From positions 123,210-187,209 of IMG/VR virus record IMGVR_UViG_3300020577_002562: a DNA stretch of 64,000 bases. One strand, 5' to 3'. Both the position numbers and the translations under genes were made by a program. Shown piece after piece: positions 19,432-29,452 of the stretch (positions are counted from its first letter, which is position 1; each line of letters starts with the position of its first letter). The stretch comes from a virus. Taxonomy: Duplodnaviria > Caudoviricetes. The notes beneath the pieces were generated by a model. That model was not told where the DNA came from and did no database searches. It worked only from the letters and a program-made list of their open reading frames with translations.

Positions 19432-20105
19432 CAGAACTTGGCCCTTGTAGTGCGTAACCGCTGAGTCAAAATTACTGGTAACCAGAGGCGGCGAATGACG
19501 AATTCTGCAAATGCCATCTCAGGTTCAGTGTGCATCACTTCCGACACGTATGGGGTTTCATCGAACCTCATCGTATACCAGACGAAGGTCTCAAAGTTGT
19601 TCGCTGCACTCACGCCGATTTCGTAGGGCTTGCTGGGGAACTTACGATGCCAGTCCCACTTACCAAGCTTGTAAGGACCGTTGTACTGGAAGAAGTTGTT
19701 GGCACTAAGCCACTTGCGCAATGGTTCCAGTGGTTCCTGTCTCAGCATCAGCATGCCATGCAGTTCAAAGCCTTGCTCGAAACGTTTGACCTTGAACGTG
19801 ACTGGAGGCATACGCTCGTTCAGTGTTCGAGCAAGTATGCCCCATTCATCTACATACTTTACAAGTTCGCGTCTGATCTTACGCATGGCGAACGTCAGAA
19901 CCAAGTTGTTCTGGGAGCCGTTAGCGTGCCGGAAGGGATTGCGACCCAAGCTGTTGCACAAGCGCAGATACGCTCCGACTCGTTGAGATTCTGGCTCCTT
20001 GTACGCGCGTGACCACAGTTCCGCATTGCGCGGATCGAACTGTCGTGGCATCGTCCTAGACTTCGGATCAATGCCTAGTATCTCAGCGGAGTCAACAGGC
20101 TTCAT
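19431..20105 (-). CDS. hypothetical protein
   Basis: operon packing. Confidence 0.65.
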   Translation of the reverse strand: MKPVDSAEILGIDPKSRTMPRQFDPRNAELWSRAYKEPESQRVGAYLRLCNSLGRNPFRHANGSQNNLVLTFAMRKIRRELVKYVDEWGILARTLNERMPPVTFKVKRFEQGFELHGMLMLRQEPLEPLRKWLSANNFFQYNGPYKLGKWDWHRKFPSKPYEIGVSAANNFETFVWYTMRFDETPYVSEVMHTEPEMAFAEFVIRRLWLPVILTQRLRTTRAKF

Positions 20106-20250
20106 TCTACGATCTCGTATACCAGTATGGTTTTGTCACCGCGCTTAGCCTCGTTTGTACACTTCTTGTTCCTTGAGTAGTTCATCTAGGTATTCTTTGG
20201 CAACTTTTACAGCGCGTGCGCCCCACTTCTCTCGACGAGTCATATCCAGA

Positions 20251-20706
20251 TTACGCTTCGCCGACCGGATAGCTTCTTTTAGAGCCTCGGGGGACACCGC
20301 TGCCCATAGGCTTAGTCTTAGCCGATGCTGACGCCGCAAGCCGGGCAGTTGCTTCGCGGATGATGCGAGAACTGTTGCTAGTAACCGCATCCTTACCGTA
20401 ATAGTTCTTTTGCGCCCCATCACGTAGAGCTACCGTGTACGGGGTCTTCCTATCATCTCGGTCCCACTCAAGAACAAGCCAACGCCTGTTGCCAAGATCC
20501 CAAGTCCAGTGCTTACCACCAGCGGTACCACCCTCAATACGTGGTCTGCCAAACTTGGCAGTGAGTGCTGGAATGTAGTCATCAATGTGAGTGAATCGAT
20601 CAAGATGAAAGCGAATGTAGCCGTTGAGAGCACTAGGTGGGTACTTGGCTAGTTTGAGGCCAAGGCTTGCCAGATACTTGCGTGCCGCATCAATTGAGAT
20701 TGCCAT
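20251..20706 (-). CDS. hypothetical protein
   Basis: AGGA SD. Confidence 0.6.
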   Translation of the reverse strand: MAISIDAARKYLASLGLKLAKYPPSALNGYIRFHLDRFTHIDDYIPALTAKFGRPRIEGGTAGGKHWTWDLGNRRWLVLEWDRDDRKTPYTVALRDGAQKNYYGKDAVTSNSSRIIREATARLAASASAKTKPMGSGVPRGSKRSYPVGEA

Positions 20707-20726
20707 GATGGTCCTGGTAGTTGTTG

Positions 20727-21059
20727 TCAGGCCCGTTGAAACCGCTTCATGAAGTCCTCGGCAATCTTATGTACCCTATCTTCTGGTAGACCAGGCTTCA
20801 AGAACTTCTTTTCCACGTTTCGGTTCTTGTACTGAGGCAGCAATTTCACACGCCCTACGTGTAGATTGTCGATGAAATTCTTGTCGAATGGTCCGATAAT
20901 CGTCCAACCTGATGTTGGATCCGGGTCGCACACTATCCAACAGTATGGTGACATGCCACAATTTGGAATCTCGCCCACCGTCATCTGAGAGTCGTCCCAG
21001 TACGGCTTACCGATCTTGCGCCACTTAACTGTAGTGGCCGTTTGTGTCAGTCGCTTCAT
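20727..21059 (-). CDS. hypothetical protein (RLxxTA leader)
   Basis: AGGAG SD. Confidence 0.65.
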   Translation of the reverse strand: MKRLTQTATTVKWRKIGKPYWDDSQMTVGEIPNCGMSPYCWIVCDPDPTSGWTIIGPFDKNFIDNLHVGRVKLLPQYKNRNVEKKFLKPGLPEDRVHKIAEDFMKRFQRA

Positions 21060-21074
21060 GGTCTGCTCCTAAGA

Positions 21075-21374
21075 TCAACCAACGTCAACAGCCAGGATGC
21101 CCGAGTACACCAAGTAATAGACGGTTATCCCGATACCAATTGATTGCGGAGGACTGAATTCCCACATCATCAAACCATAGTGGCCCGGTATCTTCATCCG
21201 CTTGAATCCGCTTGACAACAGTTTCTTGTCAATCGCGCCGGATTTGTCTGCTTGGGTTAACCACAGCAAAGTTGTAGCTGTCCCCGTTTCATTGATTCTT
21301 TTCGGTACCCCAAGCTTGAACGGAAATATCTTCACGAATCCGTCAACAACATCTTGGAAAAGCTTACTGTCCAT
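21075..21374 (-). CDS. hypothetical protein
   Basis: GAGGTG SD. Confidence 0.6.
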   Translation of the reverse strand: MDSKLFQDVVDGFVKIFPFKLGVPKRINETGTATTLLWLTQADKSGAIDKKLLSSGFKRMKIPGHYGLMMWEFSPPQSIGIGITVYYLVYSGILAVDVG

Positions 21375-21377
21375 GAT

Positions 21378-21662
21378 TCACCTCAAGTGACGATGCTTAG
21401 AAACGTGGCATTTGCCACAAACTGTCATTTGGTTGTGAGCCGCGTCGGCTCCACCTCGTGACAACGAAATGATGTGATGTGCTGCTCGCTCTGGATCACC
21501 CACTACGGAGCAACCACAACGTCTACATCTGTAGCCATCACGCTGAAACACCTTTTGCGCGGCCGCTCGTCGGTCTGACCCGTAGTCTTGCTCCCACGGC
21601 TTTCGGCTACGAACAGCAACACCATACTTGTTACGCTGGGTAAGTCCGGCCTTCACAGTCAT
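21378..21662 (-). CDS. small HNH endonuclease
   Basis: RDGYRCRRCG...HHIISLSRGG...NQMTVCGKCH. Confidence 0.85.
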   Translation of the reverse strand: MTVKAGLTQRNKYGVAVRSRKPWEQDYGSDRRAAAQKVFQRDGYRCRRCGCSVVGDPERAAHHIISLSRGGADAAHNQMTVCGKCHVSKHRHLR

Positions 21663-22029
21663 CTGTGAGCACCCCGTTTTGAATGAATCCGTGATACACA
21701 CCGACGACATTGATCGACGGGCTTACTGTAATCAAGGGTGCTGTACCAGTAACGGTCCAACCACCATGCATGCCATTCTGATCCCAACATTTGCTGTCTA
21801 CGCAGAACACACCTGCTTTGGGCAACATCACCAGGAGCGGCAGTCGATGTGTGTTGTTGGTCAGGTAGTAGTCACTCAAGCGTTTGCGGCTGGCGAAGAA
21901 GTCAGGCCAATCTAGATGGTCATCAGATTCTTCGGATAAGACCTTTGCGTCGGCATACCAGATCGAACCTACAGGAATCGTTCTAGCGTCTTGCCCGGTG
22001 TACTCGATCAACTTTAGTTGCCAACTCAT
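21631..22029 (-). CDS. conserved hypothetical protein (DUF6527-like)
   Basis: W..TG....ITVSPSI.....YHGFIQNG motif. Confidence 0.6.
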   Translation of the reverse strand: MSWQLKLIEYTGQDARTIPVGSIWYADAKVLSEESDDHLDWPDFFASRKRLSDYYLTNNTHRLPLLVMLPKAGVFCVDSKCWDQNGMHGGWTVTGTAPLITVSPSINVVGVYHGFIQNGVLTDDCEGRTYPA

Positions 22030-22889
22030 GTCGCACCTGTCATCATTGCAAGCAGTCCAGGCTTATTGGTCCACTTGTCATTGAACACGGACTTGATCTG
22101 ACTGCTGTAGAACACACCCCAAACACGCACTTTAGCCGGGTCACGACCGTCATCGTCCATCTGATTGAACGCACTGCTTGAACCCTCATAGCTGAGAAAG
22201 CCATCGAAACCCTGGTGCTTGGCTGCTTCCACGAATCCAGGATACGCTTCTTTGACTTCCCAACGACCGTTCAAGAACAGAGTACGGCACCGCTCCATCA
22301 ACGCTTGCTGACCAGGACCACGAGTGGATCGAACGTAGAACTGCTCCATCTTCTTCCAGTGCGGCTCCGTCGGCAGCATTGGGTTCAACACTCGCAGGTA
22401 GCACTTGTATAGCACCCCTCGATTGTCTTCGGTCTTGTCTTCACTGTGCCAAGTGGAAAAGCCATGCGCGTATCTGGATTCCTCTGAGAAGAAGAACACG
22501 CGGAAGCCCGCAGCGACACGCTCACTAACTGGCATGTAGGGATTGATGTAGAGCGCAGCTTCTCGTCTAGCGTCCCTCTCGTTGTTGGCGTCGAGTCGTT
22601 CCAACTGACCGAACTGGTGCAGGATCCACAAGTTACCAAGATGCCACAGTTCGCCTTCTAGAGTCTTGGAACCATCGTACCGAAGACCCAACACGTTCCA
22701 CTTGTGGTCCTCGAACGATACAAAGTCCAGCCGCTTGTACTGGCGCGGTTGAAAGGCAAACTGGTGGATGTCTGCGCGAGAAGCGTGATACACAGGCAAC
22801 GGATTACCTGCTCGGTCAACCACTTTAGAACCGCGTATCCACTTGGCTAGACTTGAATCGTCAGATCTAGCTGTCAACGTGCGTCGCAT
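22026..22889 (-). CDS. ADP-ribosyltransferase-like (ART-PolyVal-type) protein
   Basis: W..GSKVVD..G.P..VYH; FFFS; YL...NP; GFDG; VF...QIKS. Confidence 0.65.
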   Translation of the reverse strand: MRRTLTARSDDSSLAKWIRGSKVVDRAGNPLPVYHASRADIHQFAFQPRQYKRLDFVSFEDHKWNVLGLRYDGSKTLEGELWHLGNLWILHQFGQLERLDANNERDARREAALYINPYMPVSERVAAGFRVFFFSEESRYAHGFSTWHSEDKTEDNRGVLYKCYLRVLNPMLPTEPHWKKMEQFYVRSTRGPGQQALMERCRTLFLNGRWEVKEAYPGFVEAAKHQGFDGFLSYEGSSSAFNQMDDDGRDPAKVRVWGVFYSSQIKSVFNDKWTNKPGLLAMMTGAT

Positions 22890-22893
22890 TCCG

Positions 22894-23673
22894 TCACTCT
22901 TCCGCGGGCTCTTCTTCCGATTCTGATTCAGGCTTAGATTTCTTGGACTCCTTCTTGGCGAAAGCATCGCGCAGATACTTCACCTTCTTGGTGGTGCTCT
23001 TGTCGAAGATGAAGAGGAAGACACCCCAATCCGGCAGCATCTCGATCTGGATGTCAATCCCATTGGCGTATGGTGCAGCCATCCAGATGCTCTGGTTCTT
23101 CTTGAGAACTTGCACGTAGCAGTGCTTGGGGTCCGCCACTTTCTTGACCTGCTTGGCAGCCGCTACCGCAGCTAGCCACTGTACGTTCTTCGATGTGAAG
23201 CCACAGACCACGCGACCGAACTTGAGGAACTTCCAACCAGCAGTGATGCCCAACCAACGCATCAACGTCTGGATCTCTTTGATCTGGTTGATGGCGGCAG
23301 TCTCCTGCAATCTTACAGCAGCGGACTCCATCACCCTATCGACATGAGATTCGATTTTGCCTTTGCTCATGACAGCCTTCTTCAGAAGTTCAAGCACCGC
23401 CTCTACGGGCTCGAATAGATTGTCCACTTCAGACGGCGGACCACCAACTGTTCGCCCGATGAATCTATCAAAGTGCGTGTATGCTCTGGTGATTTGCGCT
23501 CCAGGAACACCATCCTTGCGGATGAAGCGCACACCGAGCGTCAATGCGGCGGAGTGTGGAACAGTATCATCACCGAACTTAATGAAGACGCCCCAGTCTG
23601 GGTTCTTGCCTGGCTTCATGCCAAGTCGCTTGGCGCCCGCCAACAACTTTTTCTTGTACTGTTCTGGCGACAT
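22894..23673 (-). CDS. hypothetical two-domain protein
   Basis: operon packing; internal RLQETAA motif. Confidence 0.65.
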   Translation of the reverse strand: MSPEQYKKKLLAGAKRLGMKPGKNPDWGVFIKFGDDTVPHSAALTLGVRFIRKDGVPGAQITRAYTHFDRFIGRTVGGPPSEVDNLFEPVEAVLELLKKAVMSKGKIESHVDRVMESAAVRLQETAAINQIKEIQTLMRWLGITAGWKFLKFGRVVCGFTSKNVQWLAAVAAAKQVKKVADPKHCYVQVLKKNQSIWMAAPYANGIDIQIEMLPDWGVFLFIFDKSTTKKVKYLRDAFAKKESKKSKPESESEEEPAEE

Positions 23674-23679
23674 GGGTCT

Positions 23680-24402
23680 TCACTTCCAGTTCAAGTCGAT
23701 GAGTGGGTCTACAAACGTGTTCACCACTTGCTGCCACGCTTCAAGTTCCTTCTGACAACGAGCGATGTCTTGCGTACTCACCTTGTACAGGTGAAACTCG
23801 GGTGGTTCGATCCATCCAAACTTCCAGTGAGCCGGAGTATCCGTCCGACTGAACCACAGCTCAAAGTCCGGCACGCTCGCATTGCCAGGGCTGAACTGAC
23901 CTCCGGCACGCAACACAGCAAAGTTCGCACCCGGCTGTTCGATCATATCCATACGTGCGGCCGCGCCCAGATCAACGCCGAGCCGGTAGGCAAACTGCCT
24001 TTCGTCGCCGAGATAGAGTTCCTTGAACCGCTGAACGCGATCCAGAATCTGTTGCTTGAGGCGCGCTTCAGACACTGCCGCAGTCAGCAACGATGCGAAG
24101 AACAGCTTGGGGTGATCCAGATTCATTCGCACCCTGAACATATTGTCAGTGGTGCAGTCCCAATCACCTTCAGTCTGCTTGTAGACCAGCGTAAACGAAC
24201 CAGAGTCGTCAAACGGTTGGCCCACCAGAGTGCTGCGATCACTCTTGAAGGTCAACGTGTGGACGTTGTTCAACGAAACGATTTCACAGTCATCGTAACG
24301 ACGCAACCAGTTACGAGCCTTCGACAACGCAGCTAGCGGATCGCTATCCTGGTTAACGATGGTTGTGCGGTACTGCTGTAGGGCTTCCGAGAAGTAACTC
24401 AT
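23680..24402 (-). CDS. hypothetical protein
   Basis: GAGGTG SD, ATGA overlap. Confidence 0.65.
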   Translation of the reverse strand: MSYFSEALQQYRTTIVNQDSDPLAALSKARNWLRRYDDCEIVSLNNVHTLTFKSDRSTLVGQPFDDSGSFTLVYKQTEGDWDCTTDNMFRVRMNLDHPKLFFASLLTAAVSEARLKQQILDRVQRFKELYLGDERQFAYRLGVDLGAAARMDMIEQPGANFAVLRAGGQFSPGNASVPDFELWFSRTDTPAHWKFGWIEPPEFHLYKVSTQDIARCQKELEAWQQVVNTFVDPLIDLNWK

Positions 24403-25064
24403 CGAATGATCACCTCGTTGATCTGCATTACTGCGGTCTTGTACTGCTCCGCTGCGTGGCGAGCAATGGTTGCGCCTGCTGAGTCGATCAAGTCCATTGC
24501 ACGTCGTCGCTCTTCAGGCAGAATCTTCTCATCCAGCCGCCGACGCAACGAATGGTGCTCGTCCACCAGAATCTGAGCGACTGCGCGAAAGGCTGGCATA
24601 AGTATCTCGCGGGACAGAGTGGCAGCCAACTTCTGACGGTCACCCGTGTTCTGCAAGTCTGATGCTAGTTCGCGTGCTTGGGATACCAGTGCGTTCAGCG
24701 CATACGCATAGCTTTGCGTTGGGTTGCGACGGTATTGCTTCTCGGCGATTGGGATGATGCGCGTCACAGCATCAAGCATCTGCTTCTGGAAGTGTCCAAT
24801 CGCTTTGTCTACGTTGCCCTCTTGGATCATCTGCGTGATCTGTTTGGCGGGCAACGAGAAGCGACTTCCGATCTTCTGAATCTCAGCCCCAGTCTTACGC
24901 AGCTTGGAGGCTTTGGCCTTGATCACACGCACTGGCGTAGCTTTGGGCGCTGACAGACGAAGCAAGTCAGCCGAAGCCCGGGAGCTGGATTTACCTGGCT
25001 TACCTGATTTGCTTGGCTTACCAGACCTACTGTGCGTTATCGTGATTGACTTGGCAGTCTTCAT
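24399..25064 (-). CDS. hypothetical helical protein with basic N-terminus
   Basis: start moved to MKTAKS. Confidence 0.6.
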   Translation of the reverse strand: MKTAKSITITHSRSGKPSKSGKPGKSSSRASADLLRLSAPKATPVRVIKAKASKLRKTGAEIQKIGSRFSLPAKQITQMIQEGNVDKAIGHFQKQMLDAVTRIIPIAEKQYRRNPTQSYAYALNALVSQARELASDLQNTGDRQKLAATLSREILMPAFRAVAQILVDEHHSLRRRLDEKILPEERRRAMDLIDSAGATIARHAAEQYKTAVMQINEVIIR

Positions 25065-25092
25065 GTTACCGTTCTCGGTACGGAGGGTGACT

Positions 25093-25596
25093 TCAGATGT
25101 GGACCAGAGTGAACTCGACATTGCCTTTGCGAGCAATGCATACTTCGGGCTTTGGACAGTCGATCCGCCAACCCATCAATTTGACTGCTTGGCAAAAGTC
25201 GGTGAACTCGCAGTCGCTGATTTCAAACAGGTTCTTGCCTCGACCATCTAGCACGCATTGAATAGTGCAGTGTCCTGCGTGAGCCATGCGTTCCAGCATC
25301 TCAACGACGGCAAGATCAGGCAACTGGTTCAGAGGCACTGCATCGTACTTGTTATATGCCAGCACCGCTTGAACTTTCTCCGGCTGGACTGCCAGAGAGA
25401 ACAGACGGTAGATGTGGCCTTCAAGCTCTTCTGGGCTGATGCCAAGCTGGCCGGCCAGTTCGTGAACGTCTACGTCCTTGATGTCAGGATGATCACGAAA
25501 CCACTCGACGATCATCCGGTCGAACTGAGCAGTTGTGGCAAACTGCCGCCGTGCTTTGGCCTTGACGGCCTTGAATGGTTTACGTGATCGTTTCAT
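25093..25596 (-). CDS. hypothetical protein
   Basis: operon packing. Confidence 0.6.
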   Translation of the reverse strand: MKRSRKPFKAVKAKARRQFATTAQFDRMIVEWFRDHPDIKDVDVHELAGQLGISPEELEGHIYRLFSLAVQPEKVQAVLAYNKYDAVPLNQLPDLAVVEMLERMAHAGHCTIQCVLDGRGKNLFEISDCEFTDFCQAVKLMGWRIDCPKPEVCIARKGNVEFTLVHI

Positions 25597-25597
25597 G

Positions 25598-26014
25598 TTA
25601 CTTCTTCTTGACAGCGTACATATACTCCATATAAGACAGAGGGTCTGTACCGCCTTCCCACTTGTTACGCAACTTGGCTAGCTTAAACATATCAGACAAA
25701 GATCCGTAGAAAGCCACTTCTGGGTTACCACCGCCCGGACCTTGTTGGTTAACGATTTGAAAACCTGCGGTGTCTGGGTCCATGCGAGCTTCTTTCATGG
25801 TTTTCTTCGCAGCTTTGATGATGTCATCTACATCGAGGCCAGCATCATTCTCGTAATCCTCAATATACAGATCCACTGTGACAGCATACGTTTCTATGAT
25901 GGGGTAGGCAAGGGAAGCCCACTTGTATTTCCCAGAGCCAGGAGTAACCTTAAGTCTAATAGAAGCTGCGCTTTCTTGCAAACGTTGATGGGCGGCAGTG
26001 ATTACTTGCTTCAT
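25598..26014 (-). CDS. hypothetical protein (RLxxSA leader)
   Basis: start moved to MKQVIT, downstream of tandem repeat. Confidence 0.6.
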   Translation of the reverse strand: MKQVITAAHQRLQESAASIRLKVTPGSGKYKWASLAYPIIETYAVTVDLYIEDYENDAGLDVDDIIKAAKKTMKEARMDPDTAGFQIVNQQGPGGGNPEVAFYGSLSDMFKLAKLRNKWEGGTDPLSYMEYMYAVKKK

Positions 26015-26025
26015 GGTGGTCTTTC

Positions 26026-26093
26026 GGTGGTTGAGGGTGGTTGAGGGTGGTTGAGGGTGGTTGAGGGTGGTTGACAAGAATCAACCACCCTCA
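26026..26093. repeat. (GGTGGTTGAG)x4.9 tandem repeat plus 13-bp inverted copy
   Basis: direct reading 26026-26074; TCAACCACCCTCA at 26081-26093. Confidence 0.9.
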
Positions 26094-26099
26094 GCTGCA

Positions 26100-27032
26100 T
26101 CACAGAGCGGCGTGCTGATCGATCTGATCAGCGATCATCTGATAGTACGCCTTCGCTTCTGGACTGTACGAGTACAGCTTCTGGAAGTAATACTTCAGCT
26201 TGTCACCTTCCGTGGTGTTCGGGATCTGGAAGTCCTTGAACATATCGGCATCGTTCTCTGCCACGTATGCCGACTCGATCAACATAGCAGTGTCCAGCAC
26301 CACTTGTTCCTTGCCGCTAGCACCCTTGGTGTCGCGGTTGTGCTTCTCTTCAGGCGAGTCGTTGACGCCTTCGGTAGCACCAGGATCTTGCTCGACCGTA
26401 ACGCCAGCATCCGCATACACACCATCCAGCGCCGTGTTCGGAACCACAGTGATCTTGCCTTGGTCAGCAGCCACCACGTAACCGAAGCGCACAGCTTGCT
26501 TTTCTGGGTCCATGAATGCGGCGAACTCGCGAACGGCCGGAGCGGTGCTGATCGACGCCAACACCGGAGCACCGCGAACGCTGTAGACCTTGGCAGTCTG
26601 CAACAGTTGCGTCAGATCATCGCGCGTCTTGCGGGCCAGCATCTTCTGCCCGTTCGGACCAGCCGTGACTTCCCAAAGACTCTGATCGTCCTTGTCCATC
26701 AGCAGATTGCTTGCCAGTGCCTTCATGTGCTTGCCGTCGTCTTCGGTCATCGCACGAACTTGACGGTTCAGCTTGACGTAACCGTAGTAGGCCGGAGAGC
26801 CAGACGACTGCACACGACGGAACGAACCAGGTACTGCCATCGCCTTGCCGTCCAAGACTTTGGCAACTGCGCGAGACAGGTCTTCACGCGTGGATTCGAC
26901 GGAGGTCGAGATGACTACGCGAGCCAGCGTCGGAGTGACGGCCTGATAGTCGGTGATCGCTGCAACAACCTTCATGTTCTGGCTCATGCGATTGAGAACA
27001 CGAGCTACAGCTTGTTGGGACAAACGGGTCAT
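26100..27032 (-). CDS. putative virion/head-associated protein
   Basis: AAGGAAG SD, strongly biased codons, late-operon context. Confidence 0.55.
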   Translation of the reverse strand: MTRLSQQAVARVLNRMSQNMKVVAAITDYQAVTPTLARVVISTSVESTREDLSRAVAKVLDGKAMAVPGSFRRVQSSGSPAYYGYVKLNRQVRAMTEDDGKHMKALASNLLMDKDDQSLWEVTAGPNGQKMLARKTRDDLTQLLQTAKVYSVRGAPVLASISTAPAVREFAAFMDPEKQAVRFGYVVAADQGKITVVPNTALDGVYADAGVTVEQDPGATEGVNDSPEEKHNRDTKGASGKEQVVLDTAMLIESAYVAENDADMFKDFQIPNTTEGDKLKYYFQKLYSYSPEAKAYYQMIADQIDQHAAL

Positions 27033-27098
27033 GGTGCTTCCTTTGTGCGGATATCTACCGCGTTACTAGTTGCGAATGGATACTCTACCGCGAGGGTT

Positions 27099-27407
27099 CT
27101 ACTTGCTCAGATACCAATCGAGTGCCTGATCAATTTCACGTTGCTGACCAGGCGTTGCTACAGACACCCTGCCGTTCACTCTGAACGACACGAGTGATTC
27201 TTTGACTTGAGCTTCAGTCAAGCCATAGACATACGGGCCGTAGTGCGTACCGATGAACACATCGTAGGTCTTGTCGGCTCGTCTACGGCACCAATAGGTG
27301 AAATGTTGGTGCAGTCGGTACCGTGTAGCCAACGGCCCCTTCTTGACATAGACCTTGAACCACGCACCATCTGCCACCGCTGAGAACTCAGGCACTAGCC
27401 GTTTCAT
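27099..27407 (-). CDS. hypothetical protein
   Basis: AAGGA SD. Confidence 0.6.
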   Translation of the reverse strand: MKRLVPEFSAVADGAWFKVYVKKGPLATRYRLHQHFTYWCRRRADKTYDVFIGTHYGPYVYGLTEAQVKESLVSFRVNGRVSVATPGQQREIDQALDWYLSK

Positions 27408-27425
27408 GTCCAGTCCTTGAGTTGA

Positions 27426-28592
27426 TTACCACGAGAAGAGTGCCCCAGGATTACGATACTGACCGCCACGCAGCGGAGTCAGGTTGTTCAGTCTGATGCC
27501 GATTGCGCCAATCGATCCCATTGTCGGGTTGATCAGAGCACCGTCACCACCGAAGATGCCATACTTGTTCAGCATGTCCTTGAACGGCTTGATCTGCTGA
27601 TCCAGATCGTTGAGCGTGGCGCTAGCCATCTGTTCCCAGTATTGCGTGCGATCTACGTCTAGACTGATCGACTGTCCGGCAAAGTTGAACGCTCTCATGC
27701 CTTCAGCCAGTTGCTGGGCACGGCATGCGTTGACAATCGAGTAGCCAATCCAGAACTGACGAATCGCACCTGCCGCATTGGTCATGGTGAAATTAGTCGG
27801 TCGGACTGCGCCGTTGAACTGATCCATGCCCTTGCGCAGATACTGCAGGAGTGTGGGTTGATCCAGTGTTGCGAACGGTTGCAAGCCCATATCCTGGTAC
27901 GCTTGATTCAGCACTTGCTCAAGCATTCGCGCGGCTTGAAGAATCGACGGGTTCACCACGTACATCTGACCCATCTCAGTACGTACTTGGCTCGTGTCAT
28001 CTGGATACTGAAACATCACGGTCAGCGCGTCCATAGACGCTACGATACCCGCACTTGTGTTGTGACTCCAATCGTAGTAGTATTGCCAACCATCGGTTGT
28101 TTCAATAGGTTCAGCCACTACTGCGGTGTTCACCTGTTCAGTGTTGTTCTTGTAGATCTTGATGGTCAGTGACAGATCTTCTAGTGCAGAGCGATAGGAC
28201 AGTCGTGTAGTGGAATTTTCCATGTCCACCACGTCCACTACACCTTCGCGGTCGATCTCTTGGCTGCGTACAGTGATCGCATCGTACACGGTGTGCTCGT
28301 AGCCTTCGTGCAGCAGCACCCACTTGATTCTGTACTTGGTGCCCAGCGAATTGACTGGAACATTGGCAGGCACATCAACTTGCGCATCAGCGCGGAACTT
28401 GTAGAAACCTGGTTTGAACTGGTGCGGCGCTACGGTCAACGAAATGACTGGCCCTTGAGCGTAGACCAGTCCGTCCTCATCGATGAACGACCAGTTGGCA
28501 GTGGCGGTCGTGACGGTCGTGCGCAGTTCCCAATCAGCGTAAGCCGAATTGGTGGAGCCAGCTACGATCACGTTGATAGAGGCTTGAGTCAC
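27426..28592 (-). CDS. putative virion structural protein (beta-rich N-terminus, helical neck-like C-terminus)
   Basis: GGAGG SD with GTG start; context only. Confidence 0.5.
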   Translation of the reverse strand: MTQASINVIVAGSTNSAYADWELRTTVTTATANWSFIDEDGLVYAQGPVISLTVAPHQFKPGFYKFRADAQVDVPANVPVNSLGTKYRIKWVLLHEGYEHTVYDAITVRSQEIDREGVVDVVDMENSTTRLSYRSALEDLSLTIKIYKNNTEQVNTAVVAEPIETTDGWQYYYDWSHNTSAGIVASMDALTVMFQYPDDTSQVRTEMGQMYVVNPSILQAARMLEQVLNQAYQDMGLQPFATLDQPTLLQYLRKGMDQFNGAVRPTNFTMTNAAGAIRQFWIGYSIVNACRAQQLAEGMRAFNFAGQSISLDVDRTQYWEQMASATLNDLDQQIKPFKDMLNKYGIFGGDGALINPTMGSIGAIGIRLNNLTPLRGGQYRNPGALFSW

Positions 28593-28593
28593 T

Positions 28594-28851
28594 TCAATCC
28601 TCCAAGTGGAGTTGCAAAGCCTGATTGATGCAGTCGATCACGTCAGGCGTCTTCCAGCGGATATGGCGGTGAACGTCCTTGAAATCGTCATGGTGAAGCA
28701 ATGCACGCTTCAGCAGTTCTGGGTTCTTGCGGAAACGCGCCACCGTTGCAGGGTCGCACTCTTGCAGATACGAAGTTACACGCGGATGCAGGTGTCGTCC
28801 GATAGAGGATGCGTGGAGTCGTTCAGCAGTTGCTAGCAGGATATGTTTCAT
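28594..28851 (-). CDS. hypothetical protein (RLxxS leader)
   Basis: ATGA overlap. Confidence 0.6.
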   Translation of the reverse strand: MKHILLATAERLHASSIGRHLHPRVTSYLQECDPATVARFRKNPELLKRALLHHDDFKDVHRHIRWKTPDVIDCINQALQLHLED

Positions 28852-29189
28852 GGCATCGCTTTCAGGTCTTTGACGGAAATCCGTCGCAGCAGTTCATAGC
28901 TGCCATCATCACGATCATACCGTATCCAGGGTTGACGTTGAGGAACACCGTAACCGTCTACCAGTACCATGTTGTTTGGCGTCAGCAACGTTGCGTGCGC
29001 TACGTACTCGAAGTTCGCCCCGGGCATTCCGTACAGATGGATGAACCCGCTAGTACTAGGGTGCTTGTACAAGTACAAGCCGACTTTGTGATAGCAAGTG
29101 CTCGGGCTAGCCGATTGTCCTGTCAGCATCAACCGACGAATCTTAGTCAACACATGCTTTACGTCGTTGGTTGAGGCTAAATGCTTCAC
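28848..29189 (-). CDS. hypothetical protein
   Basis: GTGA overlap. Confidence 0.55.
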   Translation of the reverse strand: MKHLASTNDVKHVLTKIRRLMLTGQSASPSTCYHKVGLYLYKHPSTSGFIHLYGMPGANFEYVAHATLLTPNNMVLVDGYGVPQRQPWIRYDRDDGSYELLRRISVKDLKAMP

Positions 29190-29443
29190 GTTCTAGCCAA
29201 ACGAGTAGAGGTAGCCATCAACACACTAGCCAGCGCAGATTCAACGGCAGGGTGCGGCACCAAGTGATCGTAGTCATCCATCGTCAGGGTTCGCTTGGCC
29301 TTGATCAGGTTCTCCGCCAAGTTGTGCAGGTCCATGTCAGTCTTGGCATCCTCTCGGGCATACTCCAACAGACGGATCAACAGAGGCACGTCCACTGTCA
29401 CTGTGTCTACTTGGTCTGCGGCAATCACTTGGCTGCGTTTCAT
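29186..29443 (-). CDS. conserved small phage protein
   Basis: DTVTVDVPLLIRLLEYARED..TDMDLH motif. Confidence 0.65.
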   Translation of the reverse strand: MKRSQVIAADQVDTVTVDVPLLIRLLEYAREDAKTDMDLHNLAENLIKAKRTLTMDDYDHLVPHPAVESALASVLMATSTRLART

Positions 29444-29452
29444 GGTGTGCCC

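Noticed and set aside
26026-26074. CRISPR array
   Set aside because: 10-bp units in direct tandem without spacers
26061-27197. long plus-strand ORFs (also 23473-24336, 40863-41804, 18195-18875, 59777-60475)
   Set aside because: antisense shadows of codon-biased minus-strand genes; no motifs or SD
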